The translations under genes and the position numbers were made by a program. This document shows, in pieces, positions 11,097-21,882 of a stretch of DNA of 21,882 nt. Numbering within the stretch: position 1 is the first letter of the stretch; every line of letters starts with the position of its first letter. The DNA is from Peribolospora baueri (Eukaryota): the NCBI GenBank assembly GCA_029717555.1, contig JAMDHS010000021.1:248001-269882 (forward strand). The letters run 5' to 3'. The notes below the pieces were generated by a model. It worked only from the letters and a program-made list of their open reading frames with translations, was not told the origin of the DNA and did no database searches.

Positions 11097-11166
11097 TGGT
11101 TGATGGGGAACGACAGGTACGGTAGGTCCGTAGGAAAAGGCGATGGCCTGTCCGAGCGGACGAGCG

Positions 11167-11172
11167 TTTATA
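11167..11172 (-). promoter_or_regulatory. Candidate TATA box of the GH27 gene
   Basis: TATAAA on the minus strand ~70 nt upstream of ATG 11096, in a GC-rich background. Confidence 0.45.
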
Positions 11173-11289
11173 TGTGACAAGTCATGTTGGCCTGCGTCTT
11201 CGTCCCGACGAGACGAAGAAGGCGGTCGGTCGGACGAGCAAGCAAGCAGATAAGCGAGGATATGGATGGGGTGGAGGACAGTGGGATGG

Positions 11290-11347
11290 CGTCAGAGATG
11301 GCCGAGATGGTGGCTCGGCCATCTCACCGTCTCGGTCATCTCTGACG
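11290..11347 (+). repeat. 23-bp inverted repeat/hairpin (12-nt loop) with a competing internal 12-bp hairpin
   Basis: CGTCAGAGATGGCCGAGATGGTG (11290-11312) pairs with CACCGTCTCGGTCATCTCTGACG (11325-11347): 21 Watson-Crick + 2 G-U. Alternatively GAGATGGCCGAG (11295-11306) pairs perfectly with CTCGGCCATCTC (11314-11325). Confidence 0.9.
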
Positions 11348-11416
11348 AACCAACCAACCGGTCCGGGGCCCCGCGGAGAGTCAGCTCTCTTTTCACCGCT
11401 CTCTCTCTCAACCAAG

Positions 11417-11453
11417 CAAGACAAGACAAGACAAGACGTAGACGAAGACGAAG
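11417..11453 (+). repeat. Short microsatellite (CAAGA)4 grading into ACGWAG units
   Basis: caagacaagacaagacaagacgtagacgaagacgaag. Confidence 0.7.
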
Positions 11454-12319
11454 GTGGAGCCAGCCTCGCCGGCCCCGGCTCTTGCTTGCCTTGCCGTGTC
11501 TGCCTAGCGGTGCAGAGGTGTGACCGGCGGGCGGAAGCGGGAGAAGGATAACGATGGTGAGCGAGGTGAAGTGTCGAAAGCGATCCGAAGCCGTTGACGG
11601 TCAATATTCTTTCTCGACCTGCCTCTCTCCTTCCACAAGAGCGAGGACGAGAGTGGCATCCACTAAGCGGCTAGAACAAGTTGACCGTCCATCCATATAC
11701 AGTATCAAGTCGCTTCCCGACGTCGGCCACATCTCATCCTTCCCGTCGTCGTCGCCGTCGTCTATCGTCAATCCACGCACAGCCATCTTGAGATTGTTCC
11801 GCCTCGCATCGTGGCCTTCTCCTTCGCTCTCTAGCCGTCCAGCTCGCTCCCGGGTCCTTGACGTGTGTCTTCCGGTGGGCGCTGAGCTAAGCGCACCTTG
11901 GAGCTGAAAAAGCCTGCGAGCGGTCCCTCGAGTGCGCCCTGCGTGCCTTCCCGCCCTCGCATGTAAGTACTGTTGGGCTGAATTCGTCCGACGCCGTTGG
12001 CCCTTCCGATGAGTGCCAATGCCGCCGACGCCCGGCGGTGGCGTTTTTGAGGCCGTCGCAGTGCACGCGGTGCTTGGCGTGCTGTCGTCATATTTAAGCC
12101 CTTGGCCTCCGTTAGGTACGCTCGAGGGGAGACAGACGTCCGTGCGGGCTTGAATCGAATCAATCGTAGGCGTAGGCGTATGCCAGTGTCTCGAAGCGCA
12201 TGGTCCTTTTGAACTAGCAGGCGGCCGACGACGTATAAGGACTTGACCGCCTCAGCCATGTATCATCCTTTTCTCTCCTTCCCCATCCCCTTCACACCTC
12301 CTACCCCATCCCACACACC

Positions 12320-13058
12320 ATGCCCGAAACAACGGAAAAGATCCACCAGTATTACCACCCTACCAACCCGGATTCCACGGAAGCCGACGCTCCCACCTAC
12401 GTTCCCCCTCAGGAAGCAGCGCCCGCCAGCGCGCCGACCCAACAGCCCGCCCCAGCGGCTCAGTACGCTCAGCCCCCCGCTCAGCAAGGACAACAGGCCT
12501 TCATGCCTAACCAGCAGCACCAAGTTCCCGGCATGCAAGCCCCACCGGGACAAGGCGTGGACCCGACCGTGCAGCAGGGCCAAAACTTCCAAGCGATGCG
12601 TGCGTGCCAGTTAGCACAGCCCCTGTGAATTCCGTTTTCGACGACCTTTAATCCGACGTAACTGCTTCTTCCTTTTTTCTTTCACCCATAGTCATGGCGC
12701 AGTGCGCGAACGGAAACCACCAGTACAAGTAAGTCGGGCAGGAGCGTTTCTTTCTTGCCTTGGCTTGCGGGTCAGAGGGAGAACGGAAAAAAAAAAAAAA
12801 AAAAAAAAGCAGGCGGCCAACATGTGGCGTTTTCCTTTGTCTTTGTTCTCCAACAGCACGTCTTACGGCATTATCGGCATCATCGTCGCCGTCATCTGCT
12901 GCCCGTGTGGTCTCCTCGCTCTCCTGTGAGTTCGTCGTCGCTCTGCACGGCCTCGTCTTAGCGCACATGGCGAACGCTCACCCCGTCGCAACCCCTTCTT
13001 TCCCTCCAGCGTCGACCGCAAGAAGCAGTGCGCCCGCTGCGGACATCGGCTCGAGTGA
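12320..13058 (+). CDS. Small Pro/Gln-rich, Cys-rich membrane protein, BRI3/DUF2367 (brain protein I3)-like, 4 exons
   Basis: Exons 12320-12599, 12692-12728, 12857-12925, 13010-13058 give a PQ-rich N-terminus then LMAQCANGNHQYNTSYGIIGIIVAVICCPCGLLALLVDRKKQCARCGHRLE*. The C-x4-H...TM...CxxC layout is typical of this family. Confidence 0.8.
12787..12808 (+). repeat. A22 homopolymer in intron 2 of the BRI3-like gene
   Basis: 22 consecutive A. Confidence 0.9.
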
Positions 13059-13557
13059 ACGGAGACCGCTCGACCGCCGCCTGTTCTCAATTCTCCCCGC
13101 CTTTTTCCCGACGCCTTAACGTTTGAGGTCCGCCCTTTTGACACACTACACTCTCTTCTTCCATCCCGAGTCCTGCTAGAGTATGGGGGGACGCGCACCT
13201 TCTCCCTGTTCTACAACGACGATGGCATGGCCAAGCCCTACCTACCCACCTTCCTTCCTTCCAACGATATCCGTCCCCCCCTTCTCTTCCCCTTTTCCCT
13301 GCTGTTGAATGGATGCAGATGCAGAATCTCCCCCATGGATATTTTACCCCGGCAAAAAACGCTTGTGTATCGGTCGCTCTCTTAATGAATTTGAATTTCA
13401 CCAGCAATCGATTCCCCCTTTTTTCCAATACACCTCTGTCTCGAGAATTCGAAGCGACGACTCCTCTCAAGGAAAGGCCTATACATACCCCCCGGAATGC
13501 GGCGCTCTACACTCGAAAGATCGTCCAAGAGCGAAAACAGACACCACCACCACACGT

Positions 13558-15050
13558 TCAGAGAGCGGCGCTGGAGATGAAGAACCACTTGTCGACCGAG
13601 GCGTCGATCGGCGCGGGCGGCTGCGGGCTGTGCTGAGGCACAGAGACGACGACCGGGTCCGTGGGAGACACCTTGTGGGGGCCTTCCTGGGTGGTGTTGG
13701 TGCTGTGGAAGAGAGTCGTCGGCAGCGCCGGTCAGATCCGCGGTTCCTTCCATCAGCGCCTGCCATCCAAAACGGCAAAGTGACAACTCGGGCAACGCAC
13801 AGGTTGATGTCACCAGCAGGCTGCTGGCCCTTCGTGAGGCGCCGCCAGGCCTCGTGGCACTCGAGGATCGTCTCCGTGGCGTACTTCTTGTTCTTGAACT
13901 CGCCGGAGAAGGCGAACGAGTTCTCGGGCTTGCCATCGGGGATCTGTACAGAGTGGACGGAACGGGCTCAGCCACGGCACCCGTTGCGGCAGTTCTCGAA
14001 GAAAAAAAAAAGGATGAAGTCGGCATGCCCACCTTGTAGATCCTGAACCACTCGTTCGAGGCGCGGAGGAGACCGGGGAGCATGCGCTCCACGTCCTCAA
14101 TGTCGTTGAGCTTCGAGGCCATCTCAGACTTGACGTCAATGACGAAGATCTATACCGACAGACATGCGCATCCGTCAGCGTCTCTAATCCATCCCTGAGA
14201 GCTGTCACTCCCGCGACGCCGCTTCCCGCACCTTCCAGTCCAGCTCCCCCTCGTCAATCAGAGCAGCGGCACCGAGGACCTTGACCTGCTTGACCTGGCC
14301 GGTGTAACCGACGGTCTCGCCAATCTCGCAGACGTCCAGCGGGTCGTTGTCGCCCTTGGCCTTGGTTTCCGGGTGGGTCACGTTGGGGTCCTCCCAGGTC
14401 TGTTTGCGCAGGCGGGACCGCCGTTCGTGTGAGATTGGAGCCAGACACTGTGAACGCCACGGCCACTCATAGCTGACATCGCAAGACGGCGCGGACTCAC
14501 CTGAGGGAAAGCGCCATAGTTCCAGATGTAGCCGTGGTGGGGGAAGCAGTTGCGCACGAAGCGCAGCTTGCCCTTCTTCGTGTCCTGCTTGATCGGGTTG
14601 AGCGCGTCCTCCTTGGAAATCTCGAGCTTGGCGTTGGTCCACCTCGGGATCTCGACGACCATGTTAAGGATGGTCTTGCTCTCGTCGGCGAAGAGCGGGA
14701 TGTCGTGGAAAGCCGACAACGGCTTGCCGTCCTTCTCCAAGAACACCCGGTAGTCTTTGAGGACGTGGAAAGGAGAGAAGCGCAGAACGCACCCGTCAGC
14801 GCAACGGACCTCTCTCTAATTCGACAGGTGCACAACCCAGTGATCCCAACAAGCGAGTAGCAAGATCGACTGGCCGGCGGACGAGCACTCGACGGAGCCG
14901 CCGCTCACCGAACGTGTTGGGCGCGCCGACGACGCGAGCCTGGAACTCGGAGGAGCTGGACATCCTTGCGGCGGCGAAAGAGGCGAATTGACGGGAGGAA
15001 GCGAGGTGATGGGTATTTGCTGCGAGTCTACGGAGAGCGGCAGAGTGCAT
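13558..15050 (-). CDS. IPP1: Family I soluble inorganic pyrophosphatase with N-terminal putative mitochondrial presequence, 6 exons
   Basis: [113 protein letters not shown]. Second in-frame ATG at 14963 (MSSSSEF). Confidence 0.95.
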
Positions 15051-15294
15051 CCAAAAGGAAGAGGGGTCGTGGTCTGGGGGGGTGGTATATAAGGAGAACG
15101 TTCATTCGCTTGTTCTTCCCGTCGGGCGATCTCGCTTTCTTCGAAGGCGCCGCACTGCGGAACTCACGTGAGGCGTATGTATGTACATATTTGGCGTGCT
15201 GCGGATGTACTATACACGTATGTATACGTATACTGGCAGATAACCCGCGACCATTCACATCTCGCCCATCGTCTACGCACCATCTCTTCCCCAA
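15051..15294. promoter_or_regulatory. Compact bidirectional promoter between IPP1 and CK2 beta
   Basis: 244-bp divergent gap with TATATA at 15086-15091, palindromic CTCACGTGAG at 15163-15172 and alternating purine-pyrimidine tracts. Confidence 0.55.
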
Positions 15295-16668
15295 AGTGAG
15301 TCTTCTCCGATCTGCCCTCGCCGCTCTGCCAACGCCTGGTATCGCTGCGCTGACCCTGCTGTTTTGCGTGCTATGTCCACTTGCACACCCGCGTCTCACA
15401 CGTAGTGGACGACCTCTCCACCGGCTCGTCCGACTACGCGGCCAACAGCTGGGTCACCTGGTTCCTCTCCACCAAGGGCAACGAGTATTTTTGTGAGGTG
15501 GACGAGGACTACATTCTAGATCGGTTCAACCTTACCGGACTCAATGCAGAGGTTCAAAATTACCCACAAGCGCTCGACTTGATCACCGATGCCCTCGGTA
15601 AGTTTTCGGACTGCGTCTGACCAGCGGGGCGGACACATGCTTCGATGCCCAGGTGAAGCGTACAGGTGCTTCACAGACGGACAGCTGATCTCGCTTTCTC
15701 TCTCTTCTGCCCTCTTGTTTTTCCCAGAGGAGGATTTCATCGATGACGATAATCGAGAGCACCTCGAAGCGCAGGCGAGGTTGCTGTACGGTCTGATTCA
15801 CGCCCGCTTCATCATCACCAGCCGAGGACTCGCAAAAATGGTGAGTCGCCATCCACCCTGTCCTTATGCGGCCCCTGCTCGGCTTATTCTCTGATCTCTC
15901 GTTGGTTGCTTACCTCGATCCGCAGCTGGAAAAGTACAAGCGAGCAGACTTCGGACGATGTCCGCGAGTGCTCTGCTACCAACAACCCCTCCTCCCCGTC
16001 GGCCTCTCCGATCTACCCTTCGAGAAGGCCGTCAAGCTCTACTGCCCACGGTGCGAGGATATCTACAGCCCCAAGAGCAGTCGACATGGCACCATCGACG
16101 GGGCATACTTTGGCACCAGTTTTCCGCATATGCTGGTGAGTTGACCGCCCTGGACCAGCCTTGTGATATGATTTGGATCGGTGACGTTTCCGCACGGTGT
16201 GACCTGTCGACCACGCTAGCCGTACTTGTATTTATATGCTTATGTCTCTTGCGGCTTGCTCTTCACTTCCGTCGCCGGCAGTTCATGGTCTACCCGCACG
16301 TACTACCGCCCAAGACCGTCGGCGGCGCCGGCATCGTCCCTCTACCCGGCGGATCCACAACGAATAATGGCAACGCCGCTTCCTCTGGCTCTTCCGGTCC
16401 AGGCAACCCGGCTCCAGCACCTATCGCAGGTGCCGGCGGTGCGCAGGGCGCAGGCGGGGGCGCCTTTGCGAGCGGACCTGGCGGTACGAGCAGCTATGCG
16501 ACGAGCACGGCAACTGCGGCGGCAAAGGTGGAGCGGTATCGGCCGAGGGTGTTCGGTTTCCCCGTGCACGAGATCGCCAAGCTGCAGCGCTGGCAGGAAG
16601 CGCAGCGGGACGCGCAGGTGGGGAGGCTGGAGAAGGCGGAGCAAGAAGGCGGTGGGGCGACCGCATGA
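15295..16668 (+). CDS. CKB2: Casein kinase II regulatory beta subunit (CKB2-type), 5 exons, start codon split by intron 1
   Basis: [66 protein letters not shown]; zinc ribbon FGRCPRVLC...[41 protein letters not shown]. Stop TGA 16666-16668. Confidence 0.95.
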
Positions 16669-17343
16669 GGCTAGTGGGGTGCAAAACGTCGGTAGTGAGT
16701 GGGCGGCAAGCGTCTGAGCATAGTTGGAAGGTCCGTCAAGGCCTTTCGGCATGCATGGATCTTCGTCCGGCAATTGGTGCTGACTCTTAGCGCTTGCGCT
16801 TTCCTTTTGCACATTCAGGCCCGACATCCTCGCAAATTGTTCGCCCCCCCCGCTACATGTACTCTCAACTGTCTGTAATCCAACGTTTATAGCATGTAAT
16901 CCGCAGAACACGACTTCGCCCATGTCTTCTTGGTTACACTAGCCCGTTTTCTAGTGCAGATGGAGACGGTGGATGAAGGCTTGGATGGTGAATTCGTGCG
17001 AATGCGCCTTGATTTCGCTGACCAGCGACTCTGTCGAACCAGCGTGAGTGGCAGTTGTGATGTGGTCGCCACAGCACGGGCGTCCGCCGAAAGCGTAATG
17101 CGAGATGCGGCGGAGGGAAACGCCTGCAAATGAAGAGGAAGCGGTAACGTACAAATGTGGTCCAGACTAGTAGCCTATATGGTCTACGTGACACCCAGTC
17201 AGTCAGCCACGAGAACACCCGCACAGTTCCCGCTGTTCCTCGCCGGTTATAGGCACAGCGAAGGCGAAGGAAGGAAGGAAGTAAGGGAGGAGGTGAGAGC
17301 TTAAGAGTCACATCGTCTCGACGACCGGAAGCAACGTCCGTCA

Positions 17344-18385
17344 CTAGGCCAGCACGCGGTCGTACTGAACGCCCTTAACAGAACCCCCGCCGAGAGATCT
17401 CCTAACATTAGACGCAAACCCTGCTCGATCCTTCGCCAGATCCTGAGCGGCCTCTGCGAATCGAAGGAGAGATGGCCGAGCGGCTGATGAGCGAGCGGAA
17501 AGGGCGCCGAAAGACAGAGAGGACGGCGACGGGATCCCCGACACCTCGGTCCATTCCATCAGCAAAGACAAGCGCACCTTTGTTGAGGGGATCTTCCGCG
17601 TTCGGCTCCAGGAAGAGATACTGCAAACCGACCATGACCGAGCTGAGGTTGAGCACAGGCTTCCAGTCCTCGCGAAGAATGTTCAGGCACACGTTGCCCT
17701 CGAGGTCGACGTTCGGATGGTAGATCTGCGGGAGCGGCGTGGACGAGCATGAATGCACAATGATAAAGGAGAAGGCGTCAGATCTCAAGCACGCCCTCGC
17801 CCAGTCATGCCGGCTGGCAGAGCGATCATGCCGTCTCACCTTCTGCACGCACTTGACCTTCGGCGGGTCGTGCGGGTAGTTGTTGTTGATAGCAAACGTG
17901 AAACGGAATGCGCCACCCTTGTACATACCTAAGCCCGTCGAGGTGTCAGCACACATCCGTCCCACCAAGGCAATGCCTCAAACGCGTAGCTCACCCTCAT
18001 CGGGCTCGATGGTGAGATTGAAGTGGAGGAGGTCTGCAGGGTCTGGGAAATCGACGTGCATGGTCTTGGGTAGGTCTAGTTCGGTAACGTCTGGAGTTGA
18101 AGAAGAAGAGGGACGCCAGAGCGATGGTCAGCGCGGCAATCTCGGAGCGAGCATCGCAGAAGGGAGTATGACCCGTTAGGTGGTGCCACCTCACCCTTCT
18201 GCACTCGCAGCTGGGCCGCGCTGGTCTTTGGCTTCTTCCTCACCGCCGCCTCCTCGTCCTTCTTCATGCTCCAGATCTAGCATATCAAACGAGGAGGGAA
18301 GAGTGTGGCGTCAGTCGACGAGAATCATGTCCCGCTGCCACGACAGGGCCGGGCGCCGCGGCAAGTTGGCCCTCACCTTGATCAT
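17344..18385 (-). CDS. UBC12: NEDD8-conjugating E2 enzyme Ubc12, 6 exons
   Basis: [41 protein letters not shown]...[15 protein letters not shown]...[10 protein letters not shown]...[27 protein letters not shown]...[13 protein letters not shown]...YDRVLA*. Exon 1 is 9 coding nt (18377-18385). Confidence 0.96.
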
Positions 18386-18425
18386 CTCGCCACCGCCGTC
18401 GATGAAGGGGTGAAGGGAACGAAAA

Positions 18426-18555
18426 GGGGCAGGTTCGTCAAAAGGCGATCAATAGCAACTCCTGAGCTGTGGGATTAGATCGGTGAGATGGGGGCAGAGC
18501 TCGTCTAAAGGCGATCGGTAGCCTGGATGATAGTGGGATGAGATCGATATAACGG
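18426..18555. repeat. Diverged ~65-bp tandem duplication upstream of UBC12
   Basis: TCGTCAAAAGGCGATCAATAGC (18435-18456) vs TCGTCTAAAGGCGATCGGTAGC (18501-18522), 19/22; GTGGGATTAGATCG (18469-18482) vs GTGGGATGAGATCG (18533-18546), 13/14; both units start GGGGCAG. Confidence 0.8.
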
Positions 18556-18952
18556 GTCCAAGGAACGCGGAGGTCCAGCGTCCCCACGAAGCGTTGCTGC
18601 GGCGTCAGCCGATCGCTCGCCTCTTCAGGACGAAAGTCGATTGCAGAGCCTCCCAGTTAGAGAATATAGATGTCATGTGACCTGTCACGTGAGAGGAAGG
18701 TGACCAGCACGAGGTCCACTGGCTCCTGTGAAGATAACCACGACGAAGTATACATCATCACCACATCGTCGTCTAACTCTCCCTATCTCGATTTTGGCAT
18801 ATAAACAGGACATAGAACGGCCGAGGGGTAGATTACTTAATGTCCTCTGTGCGCAACGGAGAGTGTAGAAAACGGAGGCTCTACACGCTATTTTTGGAGT
18901 GCGAATTACACAGGGTGTGCGATCGCAGAGCAAAACGGTTGACGCCATTGAC

Positions 18953-21200
<2,248 letters not shown>

Positions 21201-21321
21201 GTCGTCCTCCTTTCGCACTGTAATGAGATGGAGGTATGGTGGATGTGGTCCTGGAGTACGTCAGGTTGCTCGAAGTGACACGGGGTAGGCCAAGTCAAGA
21301 TGGTGGTGGATGAGGAAGATC

Positions 21322-21352
21322 GAGTCAATGTATCAAATGCACGTGCCACGTG
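21322..21352 (-). promoter_or_regulatory. Candidate Gcn4/Cpc1 site (TGACTC) plus tandem CACGTG E-boxes upstream of DAHP synthase
   Basis: GAGTCA at 21322-21327 (TGACTC on the gene strand, ~120 nt upstream of the ATG); CACGTG at 21340-21345 and 21347-21352. Confidence 0.45.
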
Positions 21353-21649
21353 CGGTTGCTATCATCTGAATGTCATCCCACCAGCTGATCACATCCGAAT
21401 CCGTCCAGCACGACTCGTTTTTCCTCGCTTATCTGCCTAATACCGACTGAATGCATGCGAAGGCTCACGGCCGCAAGGAATTACAGTCCTCCCTGCTCCT
21501 GACATTCATATATGCGTAGCAGCAGCAGGATGCTCGACTCCGGAACAAGCCAGCGCGGCCTGAGCCACGATCACCAACATGCAACCCTCCAGGCCCAAGT
21601 CGCCAAAACTCATCGACACCGCCTCCACCGGACGAGAAAGGATAAAGCA

Positions 21650-21882
21650 GTAAGAAGAAAGCGGTCTTCAACAAGATGCGAGCGTTCGCAGGGCACGCCT
21701 GCGAACGTGGTTGCCAGCTTCCGGACCGGAATAGCAATGGTGGTCGGGTCGTCCGACCGAGTTCTTTTGGCGTGAACGCTGCGGCGGCGCAAGTGGAGCG
21801 CCTCTCGATCGCGGCCGCTGACGTCGATACGTTCGTCGACGTCCCCCTTTCTTTCCCTTGATACCCTGGCAGTGGCCGCCAT
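21650..21882 (+). other. Probable intron and exon start of a + strand gene running off the right edge
   Basis: GCTGAC branch-like motif at 21817-21822, pyrimidine tract, CAG acceptor at 21870-21872; candidate donor GTAAGA at 21650. Product not identifiable. Confidence 0.35.

Noticed and set aside
11174..12259. Several ORFs in the GH27/BRI3-like intergenic region
   Set aside because: No recognisable domain or consistent splice structure; partly microsatellite-derived.
12258..12614. Out-of-frame upstream ATG before the BRI3-like gene as a regulatory uORF
   Set aside because: It lies only ~20 nt after a TATA-like TATAAG (12234-12239), so it is probably upstream of the TSS; untestable here.
16887..17154. 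Short ORFs, a GTGAGT donor-like site and a 7-bp GC stem (17083-17114) between the CKB2 and UBC12 3' ends
   Set aside because: No homology signal, and a 7-bp stem is expected by chance at this GC content.
21218..21468. Possible 5' intron of ARO3 (CCTGAC...TACAG upstream of the ATG)
   Set aside because: The only strong donor gives no in-frame upstream exon; more simply 5' UTR/promoter.

Overview
Eukaryotic, intron-rich, GC-rich genomic DNA, most consistent with a basidiomycete fungus (GTGAGY/GTAAGT donors, GCTGAC-type branch points, mostly ~65-180 nt introns, fungal-type proteins). Most ORF-track entries are exon fragments or shadow ORFs. By manual splicing I reconstruct, in order: two identical intron-containing tRNA-Tyr(GTA) genes arranged head-to-head inside a perfect 178-bp inverted repeat; a secreted GH78 alpha-L-rhamnosidase (-) with an apparent 1-nt frameshift; SYO1/HEATR3 (+); a secreted GH27 alpha-galactosidase with a C-terminal CBM35-like module (-); a BRI3/DUF2367-like small protein (+); inorganic pyrophosphatase with a putative mitochondrial presequence (-); CK2 beta whose ATG is split by an intron (+); NEDD8 E2 UBC12 (-); a Phe-type class I-alpha DAHP synthase (-); and possibly the start of another + strand gene at the right edge. 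I found no clear multi-gene novel system. The best leads are the homogenised inverted tRNA pair with identical 77-nt leaders, a 58-nt intergenic element with two mutually exclusive hairpins, and an apparent excess of AAG 3' splice sites. All gene models are manual and unverified by database or RNA data.
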